Of a DNA stretch of 64,000 nucleotides, positions 21,400 through 32,547 are shown piece after piece. The DNA is from Alphaproteobacteria bacterium (GTDB lineage: Bacteria; Pseudomonadota; Alphaproteobacteria; RF32; CAG-239), in contig JAZNKG010000049.1 of assembly GCA_045578445.1 (NCBI GenBank), positions 1,652 to 65,651 on the forward strand, given 5' to 3'. Position 1 is the first letter of the stretch; every line of letters begins with the position of its first letter. The notes under the pieces were generated by a model that saw only the letters and a list, made by a program, of their open reading frames with translations, had not been told where the DNA came from and did not search any database. A program made the translations under genes and the position numbers.

Positions 21400-21837
21400 A
21401 TGATTAAATTTATTGACATAGAGTTTGGTTCAAGCCGTTATCAGGAACTATTAGACTTAAGATATAAAGTATTATTGCAACCTTTAGGTCTAAAGTTTCT
21501 CGATTCTTATCGCCAAGAAGAAGCAAATTTTTTGCATATAGGATGTATAGAAGGAAGTACTGATGAATTAATTGGCGGATTAATTCTTGTTCCATTAAAT
21601 AATGATGAAATTCGTGTTATGCAAGTTGCAGTTGATGTTGTACACCAAGGAGAAGGAGTTGGTCGTAAATTAATCAAATATGCCGAAGATGTAGCAAAAG
21701 AAATCGGATACGAAACAATTGTTATGCACGCAATGCTTTCTGTTGTTGGGTTTTATGAAAAACTTGGTTTCAAACAAGAAGGCGATTTATTTGAAGAAAA
21801 AGGTATTAACTTTGTTAAAATGGTAAAAACATTATAA
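21400..21837 (+). CDS. GNAT family N-acetyltransferase
   Basis: VHQGEGVGRKLIKYAE acetyl-CoA binding motif. Start set to the second ATG (21400), 6 nt after GGAGA. Confidence 0.8.
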   Translation: MIKFIDIEFGSSRYQELLDLRYKVLLQPLGLKFLDSYRQEEANFLHIGCIEGSTDELIGGLILVPLNNDEIRVMQVAVDVVHQGEGVGRKLIKYAEDVAKEIGYETIVMHAMLSVVGFYEKLGFKQEGDLFEEKGINFVKMVKTL

Positions 21838-21852
21838 TCACATATTACAAAT

Positions 21853-21890
21853 TAAAATCCCGTAGTTTACAGACTACGGGATTTTTTTAA
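21853..21890. terminator. bidirectional terminator
   Basis: 11-bp stem aatcccgtagt / actacgggatt followed by ttttttt. Confidence 0.75.
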
Positions 21891-22966
21891 TCTAAATATA
21901 AAGAGCTTTGCTTATATCTCTTTATACCATATCTAACTAAAACACCAATAATTGCAGCAAGAGGTACTGCTAGCATTAAACCTAAAAATCCTAACAAAAC
22001 ACCACCAGCCAATAATGCAAACATAACCCATACAGGATGAAGACCAACACTTTCACCAACTAATTTTGGAGTCAAGAAATTACCTTCTATAAATTGACCT
22101 AACATAAATACTGCAATCACATATAAAACATGTGTAATATCACCATATTGAGCAAACGCTAATACGCATCCTAAAATAAATCCAGTTATTGACCCAACAT
22201 AAGGAATAAAAGATATAATACCAGCAATAAAGCCAACTAGTAGCCCCAATTCCAAACCAACTAATTTCAAACCAATGGAATAAAACAGTCCTAAAATCAA
22301 GCAAACACTTAATTGACCACGAATAAATCCAGCTATAATTTTATCAATTTCCTTAAAACCTTCAATAATTCCTTTTTTAGACTTTTTAGGTAATAAAGAC
22401 TCAAATTTTTTAACAAAATCATCCCAATCACGCAACATATAGAAAGTAACAACAGGCATAATCAACAATAGAGAAATTAAGTTAATTAAAGCAAAGCCAT
22501 TAGACATTAAACTTCTCAATATTCTGCCGGCAACTTTCATTCCATTACCAATATTTGCTTTTATTAATTCTTCAATATTAGCACCTTTTAAATCAGGAAA
22601 CCGCTCTGTAATATTTTGCAATGCAGGTTTTAGCTTTTCCATAATCAAGCTCAAATATTTAGGCGTCGCTTGCACCAATAAAGATACTTGATTTTCTATC
22701 ATACTAACCAATAAACTTATACAAGGCATAACAATCAAAATTGTTAAAAAACACACTATCAATGTCGCCCATGTTCTAGAAAACTTTAACTTTTGAAGTC
22801 TATCAACCATAGGGTCTAATAAATATGCTAATAAAATTCCAGCAACAAAGGGCATTAAAACCGAACGCAAAACATATAACATATAAAAAAATACAAAAAA
22901 TATTACGAACCACATATATGGATTTACATAAAATTTTTTCTGATTTTTGCTATTAATTAATGACAT
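21887..22966 (-). CDS. AI-2E family transporter (PerM-like permease)
   Basis: About 8 TM helices with the typical length and layout of this family. Confidence 0.8.
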   Translation of the reverse strand: MSLINSKNQKKFYVNPYMWFVIFFVFFYMLYVLRSVLMPFVAGILLAYLLDPMVDRLQKLKFSRTWATLIVCFLTILIVMPCISLLVSMIENQVSLLVQATPKYLSLIMEKLKPALQNITERFPDLKGANIEELIKANIGNGMKVAGRILRSLMSNGFALINLISLLLIMPVVTFYMLRDWDDFVKKFESLLPKKSKKGIIEGFKEIDKIIAGFIRGQLSVCLILGLFYSIGLKLVGLELGLLVGFIAGIISFIPYVGSITGFILGCVLAFAQYGDITHVLYVIAVFMLGQFIEGNFLTPKLVGESVGLHPVWVMFALLAGGVLLGFLGLMLAVPLAAIIGVLVRYGIKRYKQSSLYLD

Positions 22967-23975
22967 AAAAATCTCCTTCTCTATTCAAATGATATCCCTT
23001 TAATCCCAAAGCTGTTTGTAATTTTTCAACAACACCAATATATTTAAAACTAAAGTGAACCTTACCCTTAGCTAAAGAAATCACATTAAGATCCTGAACT
23101 TGAGGCATAGCTTCAAGCAATCTTTTTAACTCCATCCATTTTAACAACTTTGGATAATTATAAATAACTTCAAAATTTACCTCTTCTGAGGTTTCTGGTT
23201 GCTCCTTAATAGTTGCTTTCTTATTATCCTTAAAATAAGGCAAAACTTTATCAACCATTTCCATTTCTGTTGCATTATCAATTACAACTTCAAAAACATC
23301 TTTTTTAGGAAAATGCTTAATATAAACTTTAGCATCTTTTAGAGAATATTTTAATACATATATATCTTCAACTCTGTTAAAAGATGCCATCTCAGTATAT
23401 TGCTCATCATTCATATCAAAAATACGATTCGCTTCAACAACAGTAATATTTCCTAAATTTTTCTGAATTACATTTATATTCAAATTTCCTTTTCTTAAAT
23501 TTTTTCGCTGAATAAAAGCATCTCTCCATGTATTTTCACCACTCCATAAATCGATAGTCCCATCTTCTCTTTCTATTAAAGGAACAACCAAAATATCTTG
23601 TTCTTCACCAATAATAAGTGGCAAATTATTTTCTCTCATATAAGATTTTAAAACTTCTTCATTAACACTAACTCGCAAATCAGCAATATAGCGAACATCA
23701 GAACTTTTTTCCATCAAAACCATAACTTCTGATATAAAATGCTGAATTTGATTATCATTTAATTTATTTAATTCATCAACAGTCTCTTGTGTACTAATAC
23801 TAAGAACAACATTATTTAAACCATCTCTAACGGCTTTTAGCATTGCTAACTTTTTTGCCTCTGCAACCGTAGATGAAGTAATATCCACGCTAACATCAGT
23901 ATCAAATTGAGTGTTTGCAAAAGCACCTAAAACAAAAAACAAACTAAAAAAACAGCTTAAAATGAATTTTTTCAC
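22953..23975 (-). CDS. hypothetical secreted protein (340 aa)
   Basis: Signal peptide FFSLFFVLGAFA; overlaps the downstream permease gene by 14 nt; possibly DUF2066-like, not verifiable here. Confidence 0.55.
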   Translation of the reverse strand: MKKFILSCFFSLFFVLGAFANTQFDTDVSVDITSSTVAEAKKLAMLKAVRDGLNNVVLSISTQETVDELNKLNDNQIQHFISEVMVLMEKSSDVRYIADLRVSVNEEVLKSYMRENNLPLIIGEEQDILVVPLIEREDGTIDLWSGENTWRDAFIQRKNLRKGNLNINVIQKNLGNITVVEANRIFDMNDEQYTEMASFNRVEDIYVLKYSLKDAKVYIKHFPKKDVFEVVIDNATEMEMVDKVLPYFKDNKKATIKEQPETSEEVNFEVIYNYPKLLKWMELKRLLEAMPQVQDLNVISLAKGKVHFSFKYIGVVEKLQTALGLKGYHLNREGDFYVIN

Positions 23976-24118
23976 TATATTTTACTCCTAAACAGTACCA
24001 ATTAACGCATATTTACACTACAAAAGCATAAAAATCAAACTTTTTTATTGCCTTTTAAATGCTGATGATATTTACTAGAGAAAACTTTATTTTTTCATTT
24101 ATATAAAAGGAACATACA

Positions 24119-25123
24119 ATGGAGATAAGTAAATTTTTAAATAGTCTTTTGGATAGAGCGTCCAAAAACTTACAAACAATCGTTTTGCCTGAAGGGGAAG
24201 ACGAGCGTATTTTACAAGCTGCTCACATTATAGCAGAACGCAAAGCTGCTAAAATAATCATACTAGGAAATCCGGAAGAAATTAAAGCATATTACGCAAA
24301 AAATTCTTGGAATTTAGATGGTATCGAAATATTACACCCAGAATCTTCAGAAAGATTAGAAGAATATTCCAACCTTTTATATGAATTAAGAAAATCAAAA
24401 GGAATGACTCCTGAAGATGCAAAAAAACTAGCACTTAATTATAACTATTTTGGAACATTGATGGTAAAAGCTGGTCATGCTGACGGTCTTGTTTCTGGTG
24501 CAAATCATTCAACAGCTGAAACTGTTCGTCCTGCATTACAAATTATTAAATCATCAAACCCAGCTCGTAGCGTATCTTCTTCACTAATTTTGGTTGCAAA
24601 TGATACTCCATATCTATTGGCAGACTGCGCAATCATCATTAACCCATCAGAACAAGAATTAGCAGATATGGCTATTGCAACTGCAGAAACTGCATTAAAA
24701 TTTGGATTAGACCCAAAAGTTGCAATGTTATCCTATTCAACTAAAGGTTCTGGTTCTGGCGGAATGGTTGATAAAGTTAAAAACGCAACAGCTATTGCCA
24801 AAGATATGTTAGCATCAGATGAATTTAAACATTTACCAATTGAATTAGACGGTGAATTACAAGCAGATGCAGCTCTAGACCCTGTTGTAGGACAAAAGAA
24901 AGCTCCTGATTCTAAAGTTGCAGGACAAGCAAACGTTCTTATTTTCCCTTGTCTTGAAGTTGGTAATATTGGCTACAAATTGTTACAACGTCTATGCGGA
25001 TGTGAAGCATATGGACCAATTATGCAAGGTATGAATGCTCCAGTTAATGACCTATCTCGTGGCGCATTAACAGAAGATATTGTTGGTATGATTGCAATTA
25101 CAGCAATTCAAGCTATGAAATAA
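24119..25123 (+). CDS. pta: phosphate acetyltransferase (short form)
   Basis: IVLPEGEDERIL, SGANHSTAETVRPALQII motifs; immediately upstream of ackA. Confidence 0.93.
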   Translation: MEISKFLNSLLDRASKNLQTIVLPEGEDERILQAAHIIAERKAAKIIILGNPEEIKAYYAKNSWNLDGIEILHPESSERLEEYSNLLYELRKSKGMTPEDAKKLALNYNYFGTLMVKAGHADGLVSGANHSTAETVRPALQIIKSSNPARSVSSSLILVANDTPYLLADCAIIINPSEQELADMAIATAETALKFGLDPKVAMLSYSTKGSGSGGMVDKVKNATAIAKDMLASDEFKHLPIELDGELQADAALDPVVGQKKAPDSKVAGQANVLIFPCLEVGNIGYKLLQRLCGCEAYGPIMQGMNAPVNDLSRGALTEDIVGMIAITAIQAMK

Positions 25124-25142
25124 GATAAAGGACGTAAATAAA

Positions 25143-26327
25143 ATGAAAAAGATTCTTGTATTAAACTCTGGCTCTTCATCATTAAAATATCAATTATTTA
25201 ATGTTGAAGGCGAAAACTATAACGTTATTGCTAAAGGTGTAGCAGATCGTATTGGTATTCATGGTTCTTTTATAGAAATTAGATTAACTGGTCAAGATAA
25301 ACGTAAACGTGAAGTTGCTCTTCCTACACACAACGAAGCAATTGTTGAAGTAATAAAAGAATTATTAAACGGTGCTTTAACTTCTATGGAAGAAATTGAT
25401 GCGGTTGGTCACCGTGTAGTTCAAGGTGGCGATTACTTCAAAAATTCTGTATTAGTAACAGATGATGTTGTAGAAAAAATTGAAGAATTATCTGAATTAG
25501 CACCTCTACACAATCATGCACATGTTTTAGGTATTAACGCTGTTAAAAATCTTTTACCAAACGTTCCTCAAACCGTTGTATTTGATACAGCTTTTCATCA
25601 AACAATGCCTAAAGAAGCATTTTTATATGCTATCCCATTAGAACAATATACAAAACATAAGATTCGTCGTTATGGGTTCCATGGAACATCTCACGCATAT
25701 GTTTCCCAAAAAGCAGCTGAACTATTAGGCAAAAAAGGAAAAATCATTACATGTCACCTAGGAAATGGCGCATCTATTTCTGCTATTAATGATGGTAAAT
25801 GTGTTGATACATCCATGGGCTTCACTCCACTTGCAGGTCTTATTATGGGAACACGTTGTGGCGATATTGACCCATATATTCCATTATATATTTGCAAATC
25901 ACAAAATAAAACTCCAGACGAAGTAAATGAAATTCTAAATAAGAAGAGCGGTATGTATGGTATGTGCGGATACTCTGATAACCGTGATGTAGAAACATTA
26001 TACGGCGTTGAAGAAAATGCAACTAATGCTTTAGATGCATATGTACATAGCATTATTCGTTTTATTGGTTCATACATTGCAGTATTAGGCGGTGTTGATG
26101 CTATTGTATTTACAGCAGGTATTGGCGAGAATGGTTCTTTATTAAGAAGTTTGGTATTAAAACGTTTAAGCTATCTTGGCATTACTGTAGATGAAGAAGC
26201 AAATAGCAAACGTGGAAGCATCATGGAAATATCTACTCCAGATTCTCAAGTACGCGTATACGTTATTCCAACAGATGAAGAATATATGATTGCAAAAGAT
26301 ACAATGAACATCGTATTCGGCGCATAA
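25143..26327 (+). CDS. ackA: acetate kinase
   Basis: ILVLNSGSSSLKYQLF, RRYGFHGTSH, FTAGIGENG motifs. Confidence 0.97.
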   Translation: MKKILVLNSGSSSLKYQLFNVEGENYNVIAKGVADRIGIHGSFIEIRLTGQDKRKREVALPTHNEAIVEVIKELLNGALTSMEEIDAVGHRVVQGGDYFKNSVLVTDDVVEKIEELSELAPLHNHAHVLGINAVKNLLPNVPQTVVFDTAFHQTMPKEAFLYAIPLEQYTKHKIRRYGFHGTSHAYVSQKAAELLGKKGKIITCHLGNGASISAINDGKCVDTSMGFTPLAGLIMGTRCGDIDPYIPLYICKSQNKTPDEVNEILNKKSGMYGMCGYSDNRDVETLYGVEENATNALDAYVHSIIRFIGSYIAVLGGVDAIVFTAGIGENGSLLRSLVLKRLSYLGITVDEEANSKRGSIMEISTPDSQVRVYVIPTDEEYMIAKDTMNIVFGA

Positions 26328-26344
26328 TTATATAACTCACAAAA

Positions 26345-26380
26345 TAAAAAAGGCTCTAAAATATAGAGCCTTTTTATTTA
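26345..26380. terminator. bidirectional terminator
   Basis: aggctcta aaata tagagcct flanked by A-run and T-run. Confidence 0.7.
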
Positions 26381-27969
26381 TCTAAAGATGTTGCAACTAA
26401 CTCTCTATTTTTATAAAAATCATTTTCATCTAAAATCGCTAAAATATACTTATCATCAATATATACACTTCCTAATTTTGCTTTCATATATAGCCATTCT
26501 CTAATGTTTTTCATATTCTCAGGATTATTCGTCCAATATTTATCATCCCCCCAATATTTTCCCCCATCTCTATTAACTCTTAAAATCGAAGCGCTATTAA
26601 GAATACCTGCCCCAACAGCAACAGGAGCAAATTTTTCTTCCCAAAACAATTGATTAATAGTATCAAAATAAAATACCATTGTCTGCCCATTCATCTCACC
26701 TGAATTTTTAGTTCCATTATAAAATTTGTTTCTAAAATTAGGATATCCGAAAGTAAGAGATATGTATTTTTTTTCATATTTAAAATTTTTATTCATTACA
26801 AGTTTATCAAGTAATTTATGCTGATATTTTCTACCAGCAACAAATCCAAAATATTGAACTTTATGTATATAAAAATTAGTCTCAACAAACAAACTTAAAC
26901 AAACACAGCCCCAAAGCATCAAAATATTTTTAATACACTTTTCCTTATTTTGCATAATAATACTCAAAGCAAAAGCTAACACGCCGATTTTTCCAAAATA
27001 AACCAATCTAAAAGCGCTTACTTCTCCTTTCGTTGCAATCAAAAAGACAAAGCGAGATAAAAATAAAATAAAAGCCCAAAACAAAATCATAAATAACTTA
27101 TTTTTTCCACTGCGAAACATCAAAAACATTGCTAAAACAATAGGTATAATCAAACAAACACAGTAATTACCATCCATAAAACTATAAGGTTCAAACCATT
27201 GAGCGATGGAATACCACATCTCAAAAGGAACAGTCTGCAAAATTTCATAAATTCCTTTTGTTGAAATATTATACATATCAAGATTAATCAAATCGTTTTT
27301 TTGAAGAAAAATAAAAATACACTTAAATCCGATATATCCCAAAACAACTTCTAAGGCAAATAAACATCCTTTTTTTATAATATCTAAAATACTCTCCCTG
27401 TTATCCAAAAAAGCAATTATTCTCTTAGCAACAAACAAAACAAAAAACAAAGTAATATTAGGAGGATAACTCCCCAAAAGTAAAACAAATAAAACAACAC
27501 CTATCAAAAATCTTATCAAACTTTGCTTTTCAAACAAAAACAGTATGCCAACACCAACAATACACCACGCTATAAAAGGAAAGGCCAAATAAACATAATA
27601 AAAAAAAGCATATACATGAGGATTTAACGAAAAAAATAAAACAAACAAAATATAATTAAATTTCGTTTTTGGCACTTCCAAATAATAAGCAATCATCATA
27701 TTTAATACGACTAATGAAATAAGGCTTATTATAAAAGAAAAAATCGGTAGCACATGCCCATCTAGTAACAATACTGTAAACAGATGTTGAGTATATCTCG
27801 CTTCAAAAAAACCACTTTCTAAAGAAACGCCATCTTTTATATAACCCCAATCATGGTCTCCCCACCAAAACTGAAAAAACATAAAAGAATATGCCAACAT
27901 GCATAATAACATGCACTTCAAAAAAACATCTATATAAAAATTATCTTTCAATGGATAAAGTCTAATCAT
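26374..27969 (-). CDS. polytopic membrane protein (531 aa), possible GT-C-like glycosyltransferase
   Basis: More than 10 hydrophobic helices followed by a soluble C-terminal domain of about 150 aa; the family assignment is a guess. Confidence 0.55.
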   Translation of the reverse strand: MIRLYPLKDNFYIDVFLKCMLLCMLAYSFMFFQFWWGDHDWGYIKDGVSLESGFFEARYTQHLFTVLLLDGHVLPIFSFIISLISLVVLNMMIAYYLEVPKTKFNYILFVLFFSLNPHVYAFFYYVYLAFPFIAWCIVGVGILFLFEKQSLIRFLIGVVLFVLLLGSYPPNITLFFVLFVAKRIIAFLDNRESILDIIKKGCLFALEVVLGYIGFKCIFIFLQKNDLINLDMYNISTKGIYEILQTVPFEMWYSIAQWFEPYSFMDGNYCVCLIIPIVLAMFLMFRSGKNKLFMILFWAFILFLSRFVFLIATKGEVSAFRLVYFGKIGVLAFALSIIMQNKEKCIKNILMLWGCVCLSLFVETNFYIHKVQYFGFVAGRKYQHKLLDKLVMNKNFKYEKKYISLTFGYPNFRNKFYNGTKNSGEMNGQTMVFYFDTINQLFWEEKFAPVAVGAGILNSASILRVNRDGGKYWGDDKYWTNNPENMKNIREWLYMKAKLGSVYIDDKYILAILDENDFYKNRELVATSLDK

Positions 27970-28015
27970 ATCGTCATATTTAGGCTACCCGTAGGTAGCC
28001 TAACCTACATACATA

Positions 28016-28654
28016 TTATCTATTAATTAATACAATTTCCACTCTACGATTTTGTTCTCTTCCAGCAGCTGTTGCATTTGAAGCTATAGGATTTGATGAG
28101 CCATAACCATTAGACACGATTCTATTAGCATCAACGCCTTGAATTCTCAAATAGTTAGAAACAGAATTTGCTCTCATCAAAGAAAGTGTATTATTTGTAG
28201 CTGTACTACCTGTACTATCTGTATAACCATTTACTTGAACCATCGTTTTATTATATTCTTTAATAACTTTAGCAATAGAATTTAATACTGGTTGAAAAGC
28301 ATATTTAATAGTAGCTTGATTGCTATCAAAAGTAATATTACCAGGCATAATCAAATAAATTTGACCATTAATTTCTTTAACTTGAACACCTGTATTTAAT
28401 AACTCTCTACGAAGTTTTTGAGCTTGTATATCCATATAAGCTCCTGTACCAGCACCTGCTGCAGCTCCAACACCTGCACCAATCAATGCGCCTTTTTCTC
28501 CACCTGCAAGAGCGCCAATACCTGCTCCTGCTAATGCACCTAAACCACTGCCCCAAGCAGTATTAGATACTTTTCTTTCTCCTGTATAAGGGTCTGTTGC
28601 ACAAGCACTTAAAAATAAAACCATCAGCAAACTACAAATAAAAGATTTTCTCAT
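28016..28654 (-). CDS. OmpA-family lipoprotein with glycine-zipper segment
   Basis: Lipobox LSAC, GAGIGALAGG...GAGVGAAAGAGTGA glycine zipper, OmpA_C motifs NGYTDSTGS...NRRVEIV. Confidence 0.8.
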   Translation of the reverse strand: MRKSFICSLLMVLFLSACATDPYTGERKVSNTAWGSGLGALAGAGIGALAGGEKGALIGAGVGAAAGAGTGAYMDIQAQKLRRELLNTGVQVKEINGQIYLIMPGNITFDSNQATIKYAFQPVLNSIAKVIKEYNKTMVQVNGYTDSTGSTATNNTLSLMRANSVSNYLRIQGVDANRIVSNGYGSSNPIASNATAAGREQNRRVEIVLINR

Positions 28655-28723
28655 AACTTTATTCCTATAAAAAATTATAACACTGTCTAGAATATAAAAG
28701 AAAATCCTTTAAATAATTTTAAT

Positions 28724-29380
28724 TTATTTTAATTTCTTCATCACATATCTTGCAATCAACAATATATACAAACCACCTAACCCCCAAAGTAAAATATGCT
28801 TCAACGTTTTATTATATAATTCTTTAGTTACCTGATTTACATTAAGAGCACTACCCAATATTTTTATATCATCACTATTATTTTCATGTAACAAATTAAC
28901 AACATACTGATAATCTGGATTAAGAAAATCAAATTTAAGCACCAAATTTCTATTATATAGTATCAAATTTGCTGTAATAGCAGAAGTTGTCTCTTCATTA
29001 TCAATATTGTAGTGCACAAGCTTTAAATCTTTTGGAATAACAATTCTAATAGGATCATGGTCAATTTTAGAAACGTCTTCGCCAGATAGCGCTTGTTCTC
29101 CTTCATTAAACAAATAAACTTTAGTCAAATATAAATCCTGATAAGATTTATCTTTAACACTCACTCCAAACTCATTATTATTAAGAGAAGAAATTACTTT
29201 AATCGTATTTGTATCATATCTTAAAATTGGACGACTGACATAAAATTGATAATACCCCAAAGCCATTGCAGATACTGCTAAAATAAAGGCACCTGTTGGA
29301 CTTGTCCAAAAATCCCATACAGCAACATAAACATCTCTAAAAATACGCCTTTCTTCTTTTTCAACTTTTTTAAAAAACAT
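28724..29380 (-). CDS. hypothetical membrane protein (218 aa)
   Basis: TM helix near each terminus; no motif recognised. Confidence 0.5.
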   Translation of the reverse strand: MFFKKVEKEERRIFRDVYVAVWDFWTSPTGAFILAVSAMALGYYQFYVSRPILRYDTNTIKVISSLNNNEFGVSVKDKSYQDLYLTKVYLFNEGEQALSGEDVSKIDHDPIRIVIPKDLKLVHYNIDNEETTSAITANLILYNRNLVLKFDFLNPDYQYVVNLLHENNSDDIKILGSALNVNQVTKELYNKTLKHILLWGLGGLYILLIARYVMKKLK

Positions 29381-29431
29381 ATATCCTCCTTATATTTTAC
29401 ATATAATCCCTTCCTCTCAAATTTAAATAAG

Positions 29432-29465
29432 CAACAAAAAAGCCCGTCATTTTTGACGAGCTTTT
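29432..29465 (-). terminator. Rho-independent terminator of typA
   Basis: The minus-strand RNA forms AGCUCGUCA / UGACGGGCU (one G-U pair) followed by UUUUUUG. Confidence 0.6.
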
Positions 29466-29484
29466 CATTAAAAGATAAAATTGA

Positions 29485-31302
29485 TTAAGCATCAACATCA
29501 TTTCTTGAGCGTTTACGCAAAATTGGATCTAAGATCTTTTTACGTAAGCGTAATGATTTTGGAGTAACCTCCAAAAGCTCATCTTGTTGAATATAAGAAA
29601 GAGCTTGCTCTAAAGAAAGTTTTCTTGGAGGAATAAGATCAATTGCCTCATCTTTACCAGCCGCACGTATGTTTGTTAACTGTTTAGATTTTGTAGGATT
29701 AACTTCCAAATCATTAGATTTTGTATGCTCACCAATAATCATTCCCACATAAACAGGTGTATTATGCTCAATAAACATAGGACCTCTATCTTGCAACTTC
29801 CATAAAGAGTACGCAATAGCAGTACCTGCTTCACTAGAAATCAACACACCATTTCTATGGCTATCAATATCACCTTTAAATGGTTCATAACCAGAAAATA
29901 CTCTATTCATAACACCTGTACCACGAGTATCTGTTAAAAAGTCTGAATGATAACCAATTAAACCACGAGCAGGAGCTTTGAATATAAGTCTTGTTTTATT
30001 ACCAATTTGAGAAGGTATCATTTCCAACAACTCAGCTTTACGTTGACTTAATTTTTCAACAACTGTTCCTGAAAATTCTTCATCAACATCAACAACAACT
30101 TCTTCCATTGGCTCTAAAGCATTACCATTTTCATCTTTTTGCAACAAAACTCTAGGACGAGAAATAGACAGCTCAAAACCTTCACGACGCATAGTTTCAA
30201 TTAATACACCTAATTGAAGTTCACCACGACCAGCAACTTCAAAAGATTCTGCTGTTTCAGAACGAGAAATCTTAAGAGCAATATTACATTCTGCTTCTTT
30301 CTCCAATCTATCCCAAATCATACGAGAAGTAACTTTGTCACCTTCTCTACCTGCAAGAGGAGAATCATTAACAGAAAAAGTCATAGACAATGTTGGTGGG
30401 TCAATTGGTTGAGATTCTATAGCATCAACAACATCCATAGCACAAATAGTATCTGCCACAGTGCCTTTTACCACACCTGCAACAGCAACAATATCACCTG
30501 CATTAGCTTCATTTAATGCTACACGATCCAAACCTTTATAAGCCATAATTTTAGTAATACGTGTACGCTCAATTTCTCCATTTTTATTTATAACCTTAAC
30601 AGCATCATTAACTTTTAAGCTACCACTATGAATTTTACCTGTTAAGATACGACCAACAAACTTATCCGCCTCCAAAGTTGTCGCCAACATAGAAAATGGT
30701 TTATCTTTTTCACAAACAGGCTCTGGAACATAAGATAAAATAAGTTCAAACAAAGGTTTTAAATCAACTTTTTCATCTTCCAATTCTTTAACAGCCCAGC
30801 CATTACGTCCAGAAGCATATAATACAGGAAAGTCTAATTGTTCATCATTAGCATCCAAACTTACAAACAAATCAAAAATTTCATCCAAAACTTCATTTGG
30901 TCTCGCATCTGCTTTATCTGCTTTATTGATAACAACAATTGGTTTTAAACCAATTTTCAAAGCCTTACCTAACACAAATTTTGTTTGAGGCATTGGACCT
31001 TCAGATGAATCTACCAATAAAACCACGCCATCAACCATAGATAAAATACGCTCAACTTCACCACCAAAATCAGCGTGTCCTGGAGTATCTACAATATTAA
31101 TATTTGTACCATTCCACTCTACAGATGTGCATTTAGATAAAATAGTAATACCACGCTCACGTTCAAGGTCATTACTATCCATAACGCAAGTTTCAACCTT
31201 TTGATTATCTCTAAAAGTACCACTTTGACGTAACAAACCATCTACTAATGTTGTCTTACCATGGTCAACGTGAGCAATAATCGCAATATTTCTAATACTC
31301 AT
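29485..31302 (-). CDS. typA: translational GTPase TypA/BipA
   Basis: [33 protein letters not shown], BipA-type C-terminal domain. Confidence 0.97.
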   Translation of the reverse strand: MSIRNIAIIAHVDHGKTTLVDGLLRQSGTFRDNQKVETCVMDSNDLERERGITILSKCTSVEWNGTNINIVDTPGHADFGGEVERILSMVDGVVLLVDSSEGPMPQTKFVLGKALKIGLKPIVVINKADKADARPNEVLDEIFDLFVSLDANDEQLDFPVLYASGRNGWAVKELEDEKVDLKPLFELILSYVPEPVCEKDKPFSMLATTLEADKFVGRILTGKIHSGSLKVNDAVKVINKNGEIERTRITKIMAYKGLDRVALNEANAGDIVAVAGVVKGTVADTICAMDVVDAIESQPIDPPTLSMTFSVNDSPLAGREGDKVTSRMIWDRLEKEAECNIALKISRSETAESFEVAGRGELQLGVLIETMRREGFELSISRPRVLLQKDENGNALEPMEEVVVDVDEEFSGTVVEKLSQRKAELLEMIPSQIGNKTRLIFKAPARGLIGYHSDFLTDTRGTGVMNRVFSGYEPFKGDIDSHRNGVLISSEAGTAIAYSLWKLQDRGPMFIEHNTPVYVGMIIGEHTKSNDLEVNPTKSKQLTNIRAAGKDEAIDLIPPRKLSLEQALSYIQQDELLEVTPKSLRLRKKILDPILRKRSRNDVDA

Positions 31303-31427
31303 AATTTTGTTTTTTCCTCAAAAAAAGCCTTCTAAGCCAAGCTTAAAGGCAAAGTAATAAAATAAATTTAACCTCTTTTATAGCAAAAAATTTTAAATAG
31401 CAAGTATTTAGTAGAAAAAAATTATAT

Positions 31428-31958
31428 CTATAATCTTAAAACAATACCCAAAATTGCTGATAATATAATATAAAAAACAGGTCCTTTTTTATAAAAATAT
31501 ACCAAAATAAAAAACAACACAGCAAAGATTGCAGACACATAATTTAACACGCTTATTTTCATTAAATCAATACCAGCCATCAATATTAAAGCCATTACAA
31601 CTGGACGAATAGACAACATAACTTCACACAAAATAGGATTATTACCAAACTTACGCAAGAATTTAGAAATTCGTACTACAATAATCAGTGATGGTAATAT
31701 TAATCCCAATGTTGCAATAATTCCCCCCAATATACCAGCTGTTTGAAATCCAACATAGGTCGCCATATTAACTCCAATTGGTCCAGGCGTTGACTGAGAT
31801 ACAGCAATCATGTTTGTTAATTCTTGTGCTGTAAACCAATCATATTTTTCAGTTAAATCAAATAAAAATGGTATTGTTACAGGACCTCCACCAATCGCAA
31901 ATAAACCAATTTGAAAAAATTCCCAAAATAATGTTACAAAAATCATTTTAATCTCCAA
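31428..31958 (-). CDS. chromate transporter (CHR family, short-chain, C-terminal-half type)
   Basis: FQIGLFAIGGGPVTIPF and SQSTPGPIGVN motifs; paired with the upstream half-size CHR gene. Confidence 0.8.
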   Translation of the reverse strand: MEIKMIFVTLFWEFFQIGLFAIGGGPVTIPFLFDLTEKYDWFTAQELTNMIAVSQSTPGPIGVNMATYVGFQTAGILGGIIATLGLILPSLIIVVRISKFLRKFGNNPILCEVMLSIRPVVMALILMAGIDLMKISVLNYVSAIFAVLFFILVYFYKKGPVFYIILSAILGIVLRL

Positions 31959-32476
31959 TACCTAATAAAACCAACGCTAGCCGCCAATAAAACTGCCAAT
32001 ATTGAAGACAAATCAAATAAAAACAACAAAGCAACAGCCACAGCAAATATAGCTACTTGAAATTTACTTTTAATGTTTTTCTTCATCAAATTCACTAATT
32101 CATTAAAAATTAAAACTGTAACACCAATTCTAATACCGGAAAAAGCATGATTTACCATTTCATTTTCAGAAATAACTCCTAAAATACCAGCTAGGCACAT
32201 TATTATAATCAACGATGGTAAAACAATTGCCAAGGTGGCTAAACATGCACCTTTTGCCCTTTTTATTTTATACCCTGTAAAAGTCGCAACATTAATAGCA
32301 ATAATACCTGGAGTACATTGACCAATAGAGTAATAATCCATCAACTCTTCTTCTGTAATATAATTGTGTTTTTCTATTAATTCACGACGAAACATTGGTA
32401 TCATCGCGTAGCCACCACCAAAGGTAAAAAGCCCTATTTTAAAAAATGAAATAAAAATTTTTAAATATTCTGCCAT
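31943..32476 (-). CDS. chromate transporter (CHR family, short-chain, N-terminal-half type)
   Basis: FKIGLFTFGGGYAMIP and GQCTPGIIAINV motifs; start set to the Met of MAEYLKIF (32476). Confidence 0.8.
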   Translation of the reverse strand: MAEYLKIFISFFKIGLFTFGGGYAMIPMFRRELIEKHNYITEEELMDYYSIGQCTPGIIAINVATFTGYKIKRAKGACLATLAIVLPSLIIIMCLAGILGVISENEMVNHAFSGIRIGVTVLIFNELVNLMKKNIKSKFQVAIFAVAVALLFLFDLSSILAVLLAASVGFIRYWRLK

Positions 32477-32547
32477 TGATATTCTTCTTTTGCTGTTTAT
32501 ATACACAGCATATATACACAACAAATATTAATATAAAGTTTTCACAA